A DNA stretch of 64,000 nt from a bacterium (GCA_963693055.1 OY843751.1:4864001-4928000), one strand, 5' to 3'. Positions 1 through 11,324 are shown, numbered from the stretch's first letter. Program-made: numbers and translations. The notes: generated from the sequence alone by a model not told the origin.

Positions 1-235
1 CGGTCAATTCGCGTTCTTCTTCAAACACCTTGACAAACGGGTGACCCTGGCGCGCGGTCACATTCCAGTCAATAGTACGGATATCATCCCCGATCTGGTA
101 TTCACGTACTTCGGCAAACTCCATTCCGCGTCCTTTGAACACCGAATGATACTCGCCAGAAAACACGTCATTAACCATACCGCGTGTCTGGATCTCAATC
201 CGTTTTACTTTTTTTAATATTTCCTTAGGTATCAC
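1..235 (-). CDS. DUF58 family protein (MoxR-associated), N-terminal part; runs off window edge
   Basis: Manual translation from GTG at 235: MIPKEILKKVKRIEIQTRGMVNDVFSGEYHSVFKGRGMEFAEVREYQIGDDIRTIDWNVTAR, typical DUF58 motifs; directly downstream of moxR. Confidence 0.9.
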   Translation of the reverse strand, partial: MIPKEILKKVKRIEIQTRGMVNDVFSGEYHSVFKGRGMEFAEVREYQIGDDIRTIDWNVTARQGHPFVKVFEEERELT

Positions 236-254
236 GATATCATCTATAGTTTAA

Positions 255-1244
255 TTAAGGAACTTCAATTTTATTTAACACTTTACGAACTACATCTTCT
301 GCTGTGATTTCTTCGGCTTCTGCCTCATAGGTCACAATTACACGATGTCTGAGCACGTCTAAACCGATCGAACGCACATCTTCGGGTGTCACATAACCAC
401 GGCGGCGTAAAAACGCATGCGCGCGTGCTGCCATGCTCAGGTTAATAGACGCACGGGGAGACGCACCAAAAGAGATCAGTTCGTCCAGTTCGTCCAATCC
501 ATATTCTTTGGGTGTACGTGTTGCGAAAACAATATCAATAATATAATTTTCAATCTTGGGATCAATATAAACCTCATGTACAACCTCTTTAGCCCGAAGA
601 ATCTCTTCAGGAGTTACCACGGGCTTAACCGTAGGTATATCTTTGCGGGTCATACGTCTCATGATTTCCAACTCTTCATCACGATTGGGATACCCAACCG
701 AAAGTTTCAACATAAAACGGTCAACCTGCGCTTCAGGCAAGGGGTATGTTCCTTCCTGCTCAATGGGGTTTTGGGTTGCCAGTACCAGAAATGGAGAAGG
801 CAGTTTAAATGTCTCGTCACCTAAAGTTACCTGACGTTCCTGCATGGCTTCCAACAATGCGGATTGTACCTTTGCCGGTGAACGGTTTATTTCATCCGCA
901 AGTACAAGGTTTGAAAAAATAGGACCTTTTTTGGTTTTAAAATCACCGGATTTTTGATCGAGCAGCATGGTACCAACAATATCTGCCGGCAAAAGATCCG
1001 GAGTAAACTGGATGCGCTGGAACTGGGTTTCAATAACCGATGACAATGTTTTTACAGCCATGGTTTTTGCCAATCCCGGCACACCTTCCAAAAGAATGTG
1101 ACCGTCAGCCAATAATCCTACCAACAGTCTTTCAATCATGTACTTTTGCCCGACAATCACATTGCCGACCTCGTTCATGATCTTTTCTACAAATTCACTT
1201 TCTTTTTGGATCTTTTCATTAATTGCTTGAATATCGAATTCCAT
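255..1244 (-). CDS. moxR: MoxR family AAA+ ATPase
   Basis: Walker A GVPGLAKT, RIQFTPDLLPAD, LADEINR, ATQNPIEQEGTYPLPEAQVDRF. Confidence 0.95.
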   Translation of the reverse strand: MEFDIQAINEKIQKESEFVEKIMNEVGNVIVGQKYMIERLLVGLLADGHILLEGVPGLAKTMAVKTLSSVIETQFQRIQFTPDLLPADIVGTMLLDQKSGDFKTKKGPIFSNLVLADEINRSPAKVQSALLEAMQERQVTLGDETFKLPSPFLVLATQNPIEQEGTYPLPEAQVDRFMLKLSVGYPNRDEELEIMRRMTRKDIPTVKPVVTPEEILRAKEVVHEVYIDPKIENYIIDIVFATRTPKEYGLDELDELISFGASPRASINLSMAARAHAFLRRRGYVTPEDVRSIGLDVLRHRVIVTYEAEAEEITAEDVVRKVLNKIEVP

Positions 1245-1276
1245 TTATCCTCCCAAAATCATTAACTCTCAGGGAT

Positions 1277-2245
1277 TTATTCATTTTCATTATTTTCATC
1301 GTGGCTGGTTTCAATTTCACCACGTAAAGATTTATACAGATTTGTATCCAGTAAACCGTACAATCGTTCCAACTCTTGTTTTGACGCCTGGTTCCCGGAA
1401 AATTTCAATACATCCGCAGTTACCAGAATTTGTTCAATATCTTTGCAAAAATTCTGGTCAATATTAGAGGCTTTGAGCTCTTTGATGATATCTTCAGTGG
1501 GCTTGCTGCCTACCATAATCTCAAACTTTTCATTCAAAAAGCGTTTTAAAATTTTCACAGTTGAATTGATTCCACTCATCACATCCAATGCAGTATCGTT
1601 GAGATCAACTGTTTCTTTCAATTCTTCCAGCAGTTTTTCTTCAACAGGGCGGTTACGCTCTGCTTCTTCCGCTTCCTGTGCCTGTTTTTCTGCCTTTCTC
1701 TTGTTCAAATTTATAATCACATATACAGCCGCAATTACCAAAACAATGCCAAGCGCAAGCCAGATCAACCATGTTTTGTCACCCGGCTCTGCAACAGGAT
1801 CAGTCACCTTGATCTCTATACGGTTTGTGGTAAGCGTTAAATCCGTATCCAGCTTTAAATCCGTATAGCGAATAATTACACTTTCTATATATCCCATACC
1901 CAGAGATTGCGGTTGCAATGTAAAAGTGTATTCATGGGTGGCTAAACTTTTTCCCTGCCTGGTTGCTACCTTATTTGATGAAGAATTGGCAACAATTTCG
2001 AAATTGTTTAAAATAGGATTATCAAAAGGGAAAATCTCGTATCGGTCAAGATCGCCATACCATTCCAAAGTAAACACAACATCAACAGTTCTGTTCATGG
2101 GCACCACAGATTGCACAACACTTGCCGAAAGTTTAATACCCGTATCCCCGGCAGTATCTGTAGAATCTGTCTGCGCGCTAGCTAAAGAAAACGCAATAAT
2201 AATTGTCATGGCTGTTAAAACGAAAAACTGCCTCAACTTTGCCAT
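1277..2245 (-). CDS. BatD-like exported/membrane protein
   Basis: Signal peptide, Ig-like beta region (HEYTFTLQPQSLG), single TM helix, C-terminal ADVLKFS motif as in Bat-operon proteins; next to moxR/DUF58; ATG at 2245 chosen over TTG at 2257. Confidence 0.6.
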   Translation of the reverse strand: MAKLRQFFVLTAMTIIIAFSLASAQTDSTDTAGDTGIKLSASVVQSVVPMNRTVDVVFTLEWYGDLDRYEIFPFDNPILNNFEIVANSSSNKVATRQGKSLATHEYTFTLQPQSLGMGYIESVIIRYTDLKLDTDLTLTTNRIEIKVTDPVAEPGDKTWLIWLALGIVLVIAAVYVIINLNKRKAEKQAQEAEEAERNRPVEEKLLEELKETVDLNDTALDVMSGINSTVKILKRFLNEKFEIMVGSKPTEDIIKELKASNIDQNFCKDIEQILVTADVLKFSGNQASKQELERLYGLLDTNLYKSLRGEIETSHDENNENE

Positions 2246-2379
2246 TTTAAGCTCCAAGTTATCAATTGAAAATTGTCACAAAAAAGCCGATGATGGGCAA
2301 TTGAAAGCCCCAAAAATCGGCGGTTGATTTGAATTACAGAATATGCGTTAAACCCCCTTAACGCAAGAAACATATAAAT

Positions 2380-2874
2380 TTATTGGCCGCTGCTTCCCAA
2401 CTGAAGTTCAATATCACTGATATCTTCACCCAGATGGTTCAATTCCCATCTTACAGAAGAAGTCAATTCATGTTCAGGGAATTTATCCAAAAATGCCTGG
2501 TATGCTTCTTTGGCTTTATCCAGATCTTTAACGTCATTCGCATAACGGTAACCAATCATAAAATAAGCCTGAACCACCAAATTGCTTTCCGGATAGTTTT
2601 CGATTAATCTATAATAGGTATCAATGGACTTTTGAAAATCACCAAAACTGCTTGCATACAAACCTGCCAACTGATAAAGATTTTCATCTGCTTTTGCGGA
2701 TTCCGGAAAACGGTCAATCAATTGTTCATAAACTTTGACAACCTCTTCCCATTGCTCTTTATTTTCATAATCGAGGGCTTTGGCCCGTAATTGTTCTTCA
2801 GTCAATTTTTGACCACAACCGATTAAAAGACCAACCATCAGAAACGCAAAAAACAAACCGAACCAACGTTTCAT
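2380..2874 (-). CDS. TPR-repeat lipoprotein (BamD/YbgF-like)
   Basis: AGGAGG RBS before ATG at 2874; lipobox LIGC; repeated YxxLIxxFPES/YPES TPR motifs. Confidence 0.75.
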   Translation of the reverse strand: MKRWFGLFFAFLMVGLLIGCGQKLTEEQLRAKALDYENKEQWEEVVKVYEQLIDRFPESAKADENLYQLAGLYASSFGDFQKSIDTYYRLIENYPESNLVVQAYFMIGYRYANDVKDLDKAKEAYQAFLDKFPEHELTSSVRWELNHLGEDISDIELQLGSSGQ

Positions 2875-2955
2875 GAACAAACCTCCTGAATTTTTGATAT
2901 ATTCAACTAGATAATCCCTAAAGAGTTCCATAAGAAAAAAAATGTATCCTTTTTT

Positions 2956-5559
2956 TTATACAAAATCAAGGGAATTCTCCTTTAAAACAACTTGTATCGT
3001 ATCTCCAGCGTGGAACTTGCCCTCTATCAAGCGGGTTGCCAACGGATTTACGATCGCCTTTTGTACCAAACGTTTTAACGGACGCGCACCAAACGCAGGA
3101 TCATAGCCATGTTCTGCCAGAAAGGTTTCTGTCTCTTCGGTCAGACTCAAACTTAAATTCTGGGCTTTTAGCATTTTTTGCACCTGTTTGATTTGCATGC
3201 GAATAATCTGGCGGATATGATCACGACTCAGTGTATGAAAAACAATCACATCGTCAATGCGGTTCAAAAATTCAGGACGGAGTTGTTGTTTCAACAGCCC
3301 TTCAATTTTTTGCGAAATCTCTTCATGTATGCGGTCTTTATTCTCGTCGGAGATCTGAGATGACATTTCCATCAAATATTGCGCCCCAATATTTGATGTC
3401 ATAATGATTATCGCGTTCTTAAAGCTTACCGTACGGCCCTTGTTATCCGTCAACCTACCGTCATCAAGTACCTGTAATAACACATTAAACACTTCCGGGT
3501 GCGCTTTTTCAATTTCGTCAAGAAGCACAACAGAATAAGGCCGTCTTCTGATCGCCTCGGTCAACTGACCACCTTCATCAAAACCCACATATCCCGGTGG
3601 GGCACCAATCAATCTCGAAACCGCATGGCGCTCCATATATTCAGACATGTCGATCCGCACCATAGCTTGTTCATCATCAAACAGAAACTCTGCCAACGCT
3701 CGCGCCAATTCTGTCTTGCCCACACCTGTAGATCCCAAAAAGATAAAAGATCCAATGGGACGTGCCTGGTCTTGCAAGCCCGCACGAGACCTGCGGATGG
3801 CATCTGCAACAGCTTTGACCGCGTCTTCCTGATTTACCAAACGTTGATGAATACGGTCTTCCATCTTTAACAATTTTTCTTTTTCACTCTCCAGCATACG
3901 GCTTATAGGTATACCGGTCCATCTACCGACAATTTCGGCAACATCCTGCTCATCTACTTCTTCTTTCAGCATTTGCCGATTTTCCTGTAGACGAACCAGC
4001 TTGGAATTTGCCAGAGACAGCCGATCTTCCAACTCGCGGGTTTTGCCATATTTCAATTCCGCGGCCCGCGTAAGATTCCCTTCACGCTCTGCACGTACCG
4101 ATTCCGCACGGGTTTGTTCTATTTTTTCTTTAAGTGCACGAATATCCGAGATCACTGCCTTTTCCTGCATCCAGTGTGTTCGCAGGTCACCTCTTTCAAT
4201 ATCCAGTTTTTCTATTTCTTCGGAAACGCTGGCCAGTCGTTTTTTCGATGCATCGTCTTTTTCTTTCTTAAGCGCTTCCCGCTCTATTTCCAACTGCTTT
4301 AATTTGCGCTCAATTTTTTCCAGTTCTTCGGGCATACTGTCAATTTCAATACGCAACTTTGACGCGGCTTCATCAATCAGGTCAATGGCCTTGTCCGGCA
4401 AAAACCGATCTGCAATGTAGCGATCAGACATGGTTGCCGCCGCTATTAACGCACCATCCTGAATACGCACACCATGGTGTACTTCGTATTTTTCTTTCAA
4501 GCCACGCAAAATAGAGATGGTATCTTCTACAGAGGGTTGATCAACCAACACCTGTTGAAAACGACGTTCAAGCGCCGCATCTTTTTCAATATATTTTCGG
4601 TATTCATCCAGAGTTGTAGCACCAATACAGCGCAGCTCTCCACGTGCCAATGCGGGCTTTAACATGTTGGATGCATCCATAGCACCCTCAGCAGCTCCCG
4701 CGCCAACCAGTGTATGAAGCTCGTCAATAAAGAGGATGATCTCTCCATCTGCCTCACCGATCTCTTTTAATACGGCCTTGAGGCGTTCTTCAAATTCTCC
4801 ACGAAACTTGGCTCCGGCAATGAGCGATCCCAAATCAAGCGCTACAATACGCTTGGATTTCAGGTTTTCGGGAACATCACCGTCAATAATCCGCTTTGCT
4901 ATACCTTCCGCAATAGCAGTTTTACCAACACCTGGCTCACCAATCAATACCGGGTTGTTTTTGGTTCGGCGAGACAGCACCTGCAGAACCCGGCGCACTT
5001 CATCATCCCGGCCAATTACCGGGTCCAACTTGTCCCGGCGTGCAAGATCATTCAAATCTTTGGTATAACGCTTCAAAGCCTGATATTTTTCTTCAGGATT
5101 TTGATCGGTGACACGCTGTGATCCTCGCACCTCTTTTAAAACCTTGAGTACCACATCACGTGTAATACCAGACTGGCGCAATATATCTCCTGCTGTAGAT
5201 TTATCTTCAGCAAGGGCTAAAACAATATGTTCTATACTAACAAATTCATCACGCAAAGTATTGGCTTCTTTCAAAGCCTTATCAAACAGAACATTTGCAG
5301 CCGAAGACAGGTAAAGCTGCCCTATACCTCCACTCACTTTTGGAAGTCTGGAAATTTCCTGCTCAACACGTGACAAAACCACACCCGGTTCAATACCGGC
5401 TTTACTAAATATATTACGGGCAATACTTTCTTCCGGTTCTAAAATACCGGTCAAAATATGCAACGGCTCAATTTGTTGGTTCCCATTGTCCGAAGCTTTT
5501 TGCTGTGCCTTACCCAGCGCCTCTTGCGCTTTTATTGTCAATTTGTCAAACGATAACAT
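2956..5559 (-). CDS. clpB: ATP-dependent chaperone ClpB
   Basis: Two AAA modules ([16 protein letters not shown]), Clp N domain, coiled-coil middle domain, GAPPGYVG pore loop. Confidence 0.97.
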   Translation of the reverse strand: MLSFDKLTIKAQEALGKAQQKASDNGNQQIEPLHILTGILEPEESIARNIFSKAGIEPGVVLSRVEQEISRLPKVSGGIGQLYLSSAANVLFDKALKEANTLRDEFVSIEHIVLALAEDKSTAGDILRQSGITRDVVLKVLKEVRGSQRVTDQNPEEKYQALKRYTKDLNDLARRDKLDPVIGRDDEVRRVLQVLSRRTKNNPVLIGEPGVGKTAIAEGIAKRIIDGDVPENLKSKRIVALDLGSLIAGAKFRGEFEERLKAVLKEIGEADGEIILFIDELHTLVGAGAAEGAMDASNMLKPALARGELRCIGATTLDEYRKYIEKDAALERRFQQVLVDQPSVEDTISILRGLKEKYEVHHGVRIQDGALIAAATMSDRYIADRFLPDKAIDLIDEAASKLRIEIDSMPEELEKIERKLKQLEIEREALKKEKDDASKKRLASVSEEIEKLDIERGDLRTHWMQEKAVISDIRALKEKIEQTRAESVRAEREGNLTRAAELKYGKTRELEDRLSLANSKLVRLQENRQMLKEEVDEQDVAEIVGRWTGIPISRMLESEKEKLLKMEDRIHQRLVNQEDAVKAVADAIRRSRAGLQDQARPIGSFIFLGSTGVGKTELARALAEFLFDDEQAMVRIDMSEYMERHAVSRLIGAPPGYVGFDEGGQLTEAIRRRPYSVVLLDEIEKAHPEVFNVLLQVLDDGRLTDNKGRTVSFKNAIIIMTSNIGAQYLMEMSSQISDENKDRIHEEISQKIEGLLKQQLRPEFLNRIDDVIVFHTLSRDHIRQIIRMQIKQVQKMLKAQNLSLSLTEETETFLAEHGYDPAFGARPLKRLVQKAIVNPLATRLIEGKFHAGDTIQVVLKENSLDFV

Positions 5560-5576
5560 GTACAACACCCCTTTTC

Positions 5577-5610
5577 AAAAAAGGCGGGAAATTAAAAAAT
5601 TCCCCGCCCT
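5577..5610 (-). terminator. Hairpin with T-tract between dnaK and clpB (probable intrinsic terminator)
   Basis: GGCGGG...CCCGCC stem followed by T run on the minus strand. Confidence 0.6.
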
Positions 5611-5638
5611 GATATTTACTACAAATGGTTAACCAGCA

Positions 5639-7558
5639 TTACTTTTTATCATCATCAACCACTTCAAAATCTGCTTCTTCTGCATCATCTTCTTTGCCAC
5701 CTTGGGCGTCAGCCTGAGCATCTGCTCCCGGTTGCGGACCACCCTGTGCTTCCTGGCCGCCAGCAGCTTCATACATCTTGGACGCTGCATCGCTCCACAA
5801 TTTACTAAGGGCCTCAACAGAAGATTTTATCTCGTCAAGATTGTCTGTTTTGATCGCTTCTTTAACACGGCCAACTGCCGCTTCAAGACCACTGATCATG
5901 TCGCTTGCAATCTTTTCTTTATTTTCATTCATGTGCTTTTCAGTCTGGTAAACCAGTTGATCAGCCTGATTACGAGCATCAATCAATTCACGACGTTTTT
6001 TATCATCAGCCGCATGATCTTTGGCGTCATCAACCATCTTGTCGATTTCTTCTTTCGACAATCCGGTAGACGCTTCAATGCGAATCGATTGTTCTTTATT
6101 GGTAGCTTTATCTTTTGCAGATACATTCAGAATACCGTTTGCATCAATATCAAAAGTTACTTCAACCTGTGGGATACCACGTGGGGCTGGTGGAATTCCA
6201 TCGAGATGGAAACGACCCAAAGTTCGATTATCTACCGCCATTTCACGTTCACCCTGCAATACATGAATTTCTACAGATGTCTGACTGTCTGCCGCTGTTG
6301 AGAAGACTTCTGACTTGCGGGTAGGAATGGTTGTGTTTTTCTCAATCAACTTTGTCGCCACACCACCCAGGGTCTCTATACCCAAAGAAAGCGGGGTAAC
6401 ATCCAGCAACAACACATCAGAAACATCACCGGCTAAAACACCACCCTGAATTGCCGCGCCAATTGCAACAACTTCGTCAGGGTTAACACCACGATGAGGT
6501 TCTTTACCAAACAGCTCTTTAACCATTTCCTGTACCTTGGGCATACGGGTAGAACCACCCACAAGTACAACTTCGTCAATCTCACTCTTGCTCATTCCAG
6601 CATCTTTAACCGCCATTTCACAAGGATTTACCAAACGCTGAAACAGATCGTCACACAATTGTTCATACTTTGCGCGGGTCAGGTTCATATTCAAATGTTT
6701 TGGGCCTGTATCAGTTGCTGTAATAAAAGGCAAATTGATTTCTGTCTGTGCGGTAGAAGAAAGTTCACATTTTGCCTTTTCTGCCGCTTCTTTTAAACGC
6801 TGCAAAGCCATAGGATCTTTACTCAGATCCACACCTTCAACCTTTAAAAACTCATCAACCAGCCAGTCAATAACACGCTGATCAAAATCATCGCCACCCA
6901 GGTGTGTATCACCATTGGTGGATTTTACTTCAAATACACCGTCACCAATTTCTAAAATTGAAATATCAAAAGTACCGCCACCAAGGTCAAATACGGCAAT
7001 TTTCTCATTACTTTTTTTGTCTAAACCATAGGCCAGTGCTGCGGCAGTGGGTTCGTTGATAATACGTTTTACTTTTAAACCGGCAATCTCACCAGCTTCT
7101 TTGGTAGCCTGACGTTGACCGTCATTAAAATATGCAGGCACGGTAATAACCGCTTCTGAAATCTTCTCTCCCAGATAGTCTTCAGCAGTTTGTTTCATTT
7201 TCTGCAATACCATTGCTGAAATTTCCTGCGGAGAATATTCTTTATCGTCTATTTGTACTTTGGCAACATCGTTTTGGCCTTTAACAACTTTGTAAGGTAC
7301 TTCACCAATTTCAGTTTTCACCTCATTAAAACGACGTCCCATAAAACGTTTAATAGAATAAATAGTCTTGTCCGGATTGGTAATAGCCTGGCGCTTTGCT
7401 ACTTGGCCAACCAACCGCTCACCTGTCTTGCTAAACGCAACCACTGATGGAGTAGTACGAGCGCCTTCTGAATTTTGCACTACCGTCGGCTCGCCACCTT
7501 CCATTACCGCCACACAAGAGTTTGTGGTTCCAAGATCGATTCCAATAATTTTACCCAT
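5639..7558 (-). CDS. dnaK: Chaperone DnaK (Hsp70)
   Basis: [27 protein letters not shown] motifs. Confidence 0.98.
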   Translation of the reverse strand: MGKIIGIDLGTTNSCVAVMEGGEPTVVQNSEGARTTPSVVAFSKTGERLVGQVAKRQAITNPDKTIYSIKRFMGRRFNEVKTEIGEVPYKVVKGQNDVAKVQIDDKEYSPQEISAMVLQKMKQTAEDYLGEKISEAVITVPAYFNDGQRQATKEAGEIAGLKVKRIINEPTAAALAYGLDKKSNEKIAVFDLGGGTFDISILEIGDGVFEVKSTNGDTHLGGDDFDQRVIDWLVDEFLKVEGVDLSKDPMALQRLKEAAEKAKCELSSTAQTEINLPFITATDTGPKHLNMNLTRAKYEQLCDDLFQRLVNPCEMAVKDAGMSKSEIDEVVLVGGSTRMPKVQEMVKELFGKEPHRGVNPDEVVAIGAAIQGGVLAGDVSDVLLLDVTPLSLGIETLGGVATKLIEKNTTIPTRKSEVFSTAADSQTSVEIHVLQGEREMAVDNRTLGRFHLDGIPPAPRGIPQVEVTFDIDANGILNVSAKDKATNKEQSIRIEASTGLSKEEIDKMVDDAKDHAADDKKRRELIDARNQADQLVYQTEKHMNENKEKIASDMISGLEAAVGRVKEAIKTDNLDEIKSSVEALSKLWSDAASKMYEAAGGQEAQGGPQPGADAQADAQGGKEDDAEEADFEVVDDDKK

Positions 7559-7618
7559 CAAAAAACTCCTTTAAAATTTATATTTATTCATAAAATTCTT
7601 TTTCATTACCATGCTTTT

Positions 7619-7634
7619 TGCAACTTGCATGCCA
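7619..7634 (-). promoter_or_regulatory. sigma54 (-24/-12) promoter for dnaK
   Basis: Minus strand TGGCATGCAAGTTGCA matches TGGCAC-N5-TTGCW with exact GG-N10-GC spacing, about 60 bp before the dnaK start. Confidence 0.75.
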
Positions 7635-7665
7635 ATAAACCAAAGACCACATAAACCATACAAAA

Positions 7666-7700
7666 ACAGGCACTTGCAAAAATTACAAGTGCCTGTAAAA
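7666..7700 (-). terminator. Hairpin downstream of the FmdB-like gene (probable terminator)
   Basis: ACAGGCACTTG...CAAGTGCCTGT inverted repeat flanked by A/T runs. Confidence 0.6.
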
Positions 7701-7732
7701 ATTTCATCTTTTATTTTTTTGACATACAAAAT

Positions 7733-7750
7733 TATGTCAATTTGGCAGAT
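7733..7750. promoter_or_regulatory. Putative upstream activator site (copy 1)
   Basis: TATGTCAATTTGGCAGAT is the exact reverse complement of 11244-11261; about 100 bp upstream of the dnaK sigma54 promoter. Confidence 0.6.
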
Positions 7751-7778
7751 ATTGCGTCAACTCGTCAAATCCCAAATG

Positions 7779-8000
7779 TTACGCCGCTGCCTTGTCAGAT
7801 TTAGATTTCTTTGTTTTTTTATCTTTATAATCTGTAATATAAAATCCGGATCCCTTAAAAATCAATCCGGTACCACCACTGATCAACCGCTCTACCTTTC
7901 CGCCACAGTGGAGACATTCAGCCAGGGGCTTTTCAGAAATACTCTGAAAAGCCTCAAAAGCTTTACCGCATGATTTACATTTATAATCATAAGTTGGCAT
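7779..8000 (-). CDS. FmdB family zinc-ribbon protein
   Basis: MPTYDYKCKSCG...CLHCGG...FKGSGFYITDY. Confidence 0.92.
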   Translation of the reverse strand: MPTYDYKCKSCGKAFEAFQSISEKPLAECLHCGGKVERLISGGTGLIFKGSGFYITDYKDKKTKKSKSDKAAA

Positions 8001-8015
8001 ATAAATCGTGCTCCC

Positions 8016-9530
8016 TTATTCTTTATCTTTTTCAGGAACTCGTAGTGCTTCAAAAAAGCTGGTATCACCGCTCTTCATTCTAAACAACACAATATCTCCA
8101 GGTTCAAGCCCCTTGAGTTGTTTGTTAAAATCACCAACATCTTTAACCGTTACGCGGTTAACAGCCAGTATCAAAAATCCGGGACGAACACCTTTTTTAG
8201 AGGCTTCAGAACCAGATTCAACATCTACAACCAATACACCCTGATCATCATCTGTAAGGCGATATCTGTTACGTAATTCCGGGGTAAGGTTCTGAACTTC
8301 AATTCCCAAATGAGTTTCAATCTCTTCATTTGCTTTTTGGCTGCCGCTGCCGCCACTTGCAAGTTTGTCAAGATCGCGCTCACCCAATGTTACGGTGATA
8401 TCTTTCATTTTATTGTCACGCCACACTTTTAATTTCACTTTTTCATCCGGCATTTTCGAACCAATAATCATTGTCAAATGATCACTGCTGGTAATATCTT
8501 TATCGTCCACTTTGAGGATAATATCACCATCTTTAAGACCGGCTTTTTCAGCGGGACTGCCATCAACTACATCAGACACCAAAGCACCGTCAGTAGATTC
8601 AAGACCAAAGCCCATAGCAAGATCTTCATCAACATTTGCGATCAAAACACCCAGCCAACCGCGAACAACTTTGCCTTCGTTGATCAATTGTTCCATTACA
8701 TTTCTGGCCAGATTTATGGGGATAGCGAAACCAATACCAATATTAGCCTGACCTACAATAGCAGTATTGATACCCACCAGCTCACCACGCAGGTTCACCA
8801 AGGGACCTCCACTGTTACCAGGATTAATTGCGGCATCAGTTTGAATAAAATCTTCATATGTAATTCCTGATCCACGCATCAGGCTTTTACGACCTTTGGC
8901 GCTTACAATACCGGCGGTTACGGTTTTATTCAAATCAGATGAAAACGGGTTACCTATAGCCATTACCCATTCTCCAACTTCAAGACTTTCAGAGTCACCC
9001 AATTTGACAGGCACCAAACCTTCCTTGTCAATCTTGACAACTGCCAGATCGCTCTCAGGATCACGCCCAACAATCTCTGCGTCATATTCTTTACCGTCAA
9101 CAGTAACAGAAATCTCATCAGCATCTGCTACCACATGATTGTTGGTCAGAATGTAACCGTCAGCATTAACAACCACTCCGGAACCAAGACCACGTCTTAC
9201 CTGGTCCTGCTGTTCCGGCATCCGGAAAAAGTAACGGAAAAATTCGTCATCGCCAAACGGGTTTTGACGAGCTTTAACAACTACTTCGCTGTTGATTGTA
9301 ACAACAGAAGGGCTCACTTCTTTGGATACAGCAACAAAAGCCTTGCTGAGATTTTCAAGCCCGGCCAATTCTTGTGAAACCGGTTGGGTTGATCCCAACA
9401 CCACTGGCTCAGCAGTATAAGCTGCTATACTTTTATTTGAAATATCCAAGTTGGATGAAATAACCAAACCGGTCACAATACCCACAAACACAGCTAAAAT
9501 AACCAAAAGTGACACTTTACCAGATTTCAT
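8016..9530 (-). CDS. degP: DegP/DegQ (HtrA) serine protease with two PDZ domains
   Basis: LTNNHVV, SDLAV, QTDAAINPGNSGGPL catalytic triad motifs; two PDZ domains. Confidence 0.93.
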   Translation of the reverse strand: MKSGKVSLLVILAVFVGIVTGLVISSNLDISNKSIAAYTAEPVVLGSTQPVSQELAGLENLSKAFVAVSKEVSPSVVTINSEVVVKARQNPFGDDEFFRYFFRMPEQQDQVRRGLGSGVVVNADGYILTNNHVVADADEISVTVDGKEYDAEIVGRDPESDLAVVKIDKEGLVPVKLGDSESLEVGEWVMAIGNPFSSDLNKTVTAGIVSAKGRKSLMRGSGITYEDFIQTDAAINPGNSGGPLVNLRGELVGINTAIVGQANIGIGFAIPINLARNVMEQLINEGKVVRGWLGVLIANVDEDLAMGFGLESTDGALVSDVVDGSPAEKAGLKDGDIILKVDDKDITSSDHLTMIIGSKMPDEKVKLKVWRDNKMKDITVTLGERDLDKLASGGSGSQKANEEIETHLGIEVQNLTPELRNRYRLTDDDQGVLVVDVESGSEASKKGVRPGFLILAVNRVTVKDVGDFNKQLKGLEPGDIVLFRMKSGDTSFFEALRVPEKDKE

Positions 9531-9624
9531 AATAACTTCCTTTCATTTGTTCTCCAGTATCTTTTGTTATTTTTAAACATCACGTTTATTCACATGTTCC
9601 AAAATTAAATTACATTAACACATT

Positions 9625-10551
9625 TCAATAAGGCAAACCTTCTTCTTTGGCAAATTGTTCCAATAATTGTTTTCCCTTTTTACCCAAAGACCCAGGAGCC
9701 TCTATAACCAACTCTACAATATGGTCACCACTCTTGCCATTGGCTTTAACACCCATACCTGTTAGTTTCAATTTCTTTCCACTCTTTGATCCGGCTGGTA
9801 TCTTGAGTTCTACGGTGTTGCCTTCAAAAGTAGTAACCCGCACTTTGGAACCCAGCGCAGCCTGTACAATATTTATCACTGCGTTACTATACAAATCAAG
9901 CCCGGATCTTTTAAACACAGGATGCTCAGCAACATGCAGCGTTATAAAAAGATTACCAGCAGGGCCACCATTCGGAGACGACTCGCCCTGACCAGTAAGG
10001 CGCATGGTTTTTCCTTCATCCGTACCAGACGGAATATTTATAGACAATTTCTGACTCTTGCCACCACGGTTCAAAGATACGACATGTTTACCGCCACGGA
10101 CCGCAAGGTCAAACGGAATAGTAACTTCCGCTTTAATATCTTGTCCCGGTGTAGTATGTCTGCGCGAACTTCCACGCGAAGACGCACTGCCACCAAACAA
10201 ATCGCTAAACAAATCACCAAAATCAGAACCGGCACTCCGTCGACTACTTTTACCGCCACCAAATATGGAGCTCAAATCATCGAAATTCATCCCGGAGAAT
10301 CCGCCATAACCGCCTTGTCCGCCAAAGCCGCCAGCACCAAACTTTCGCATTTGATCGTATTTTTGGCGTTTTTCCTTATTTCCCAGAACAGTATAAGCCT
10401 CAGAGATCTCTTTAAACTTTTCCTCATTCCGCTTATCATTCGGATGTTTATCGGGATGGTGTTTTTTGGCAAGATCTCTGTACGCTTTTTTGATATCACT
10501 ATCAGAGGCGCTTTCAGACACACCCAGTATTTTATAAAAATCCTTATTCAT
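9625..10551 (-). CDS. DnaJ-class co-chaperone lacking the zinc finger (CbpA-like)
   Basis: J domain with HPD, G/F-rich linker, C-terminal domain, no CxxCxGxG repeats. Confidence 0.9.
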   Translation of the reverse strand: MNKDFYKILGVSESASDSDIKKAYRDLAKKHHPDKHPNDKRNEEKFKEISEAYTVLGNKEKRQKYDQMRKFGAGGFGGQGGYGGFSGMNFDDLSSIFGGGKSSRRSAGSDFGDLFSDLFGGSASSRGSSRRHTTPGQDIKAEVTIPFDLAVRGGKHVVSLNRGGKSQKLSINIPSGTDEGKTMRLTGQGESSPNGGPAGNLFITLHVAEHPVFKRSGLDLYSNAVINIVQAALGSKVRVTTFEGNTVELKIPAGSKSGKKLKLTGMGVKANGKSGDHIVELVIEAPGSLGKKGKQLLEQFAKEEGLPY

Positions 10552-11098
10552 TTACCTGTTCGCTCTCTTTACCTTCTGCAACCATTACACGGGCCGGTCT
10601 AATTAATCTGCCTTTTAACTGATAACCACGCTGCCACACCTGAAGAATTTCACCCGGCTTTGCTTCATCGGTTTTTTCCAGACGTACAGCCTCGTGCATC
10701 TCGGGATCAAAAAGTACATTTTCAGTCGCTACTGTCTCAAGACCCAATTTCTCAAGAATTGAAAACATTTTATCATATATCATTTTTACACCCTGTACCG
10801 GCAAATGCTCTTTATCATCCGTGTTGTGTAAAAACAGATAGTCAAAATCATCCATGACCGGTAATAACTCGCTTATAACATTACGCACAGAATTATCTGC
10901 CCAGTCACTCTGCATTTTTTCCATACGACGCTTGTAATTTATAAACTCTGCCTGCAATCTTTGCAACTGCTCGAGATAATTGGTGTTTTCATCACTCCCC
11001 GAGGGCGAGGGTTCCTGTTCTTTAACTTCTTCACTCATCGGGGCATCCATTTCATTTTCTTCATTAACCTTTTTTTCTTCAGTATTATTGCCGCTCAT
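10544..11098 (-). CDS. grpE: Nucleotide exchange factor GrpE
   Basis: RLQAEFINYKRR, FDPEMHEAV, GYQLKGRLIRPARVMV. Confidence 0.95.
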   Translation of the reverse strand: MSGNNTEEKKVNEENEMDAPMSEEVKEQEPSPSGSDENTNYLEQLQRLQAEFINYKRRMEKMQSDWADNSVRNVISELLPVMDDFDYLFLHNTDDKEHLPVQGVKMIYDKMFSILEKLGLETVATENVLFDPEMHEAVRLEKTDEAKPGEILQVWQRGYQLKGRLIRPARVMVAEGKESEQVNE

Positions 11099-11142
11099 TT
11101 TTCTCCCTTACAAATCGTTATATATTTCATTACAGAACTATA

Positions 11143-11158
11143 TGCAAGCCTTGTGCCA
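11143..11158 (-). promoter_or_regulatory. sigma54 (-24/-12) promoter for grpE-dnaJ
   Basis: Minus strand TGGCACAAGGCTTGCA, a perfect TGGCAC-N5-TTGCA match, 45 bp before the grpE start. Confidence 0.8.
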
Positions 11159-11243
11159 CTTTAAACAATAACTATAAAATATTGTTTTTAAATAAATTAC
11201 AGCTGTACGCACAAATGATTAAATCAAGAAATCGTGTCAGAAC

Positions 11244-11261
11244 ATCTGCCAAATTGACATA
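11244..11261. promoter_or_regulatory. Putative upstream activator site (copy 2)
   Basis: ATCTGCCAAATTGACATA, reverse complement of 7733-7750; about 86 bp upstream of the grpE sigma54 promoter. Confidence 0.6.
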
Positions 11262-11268
11262 TTCTCAT

Positions 11269-11298
11269 AAAAAAAGGAGAGACAAAATCTCTCCTTTT
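11269..11298 (-). terminator. Intrinsic terminator after the zinc metallopeptidase gene
   Basis: AAAAGGAGAGA-CAAAA-TCTCTCCTTTT hairpin with T-tract on the minus strand. Confidence 0.7.
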
Positions 11299-11324
11299 AA
11301 AAAACTGGATATTTTAAAACAAAC

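Noticed and set aside
7560-11324. CIRCE/HrcA control of the chaperone genes
   Set aside because: No TTAGCACTC-N9-GAGTGCTAA seen upstream of dnaK or grpE, and no hrcA in the window.
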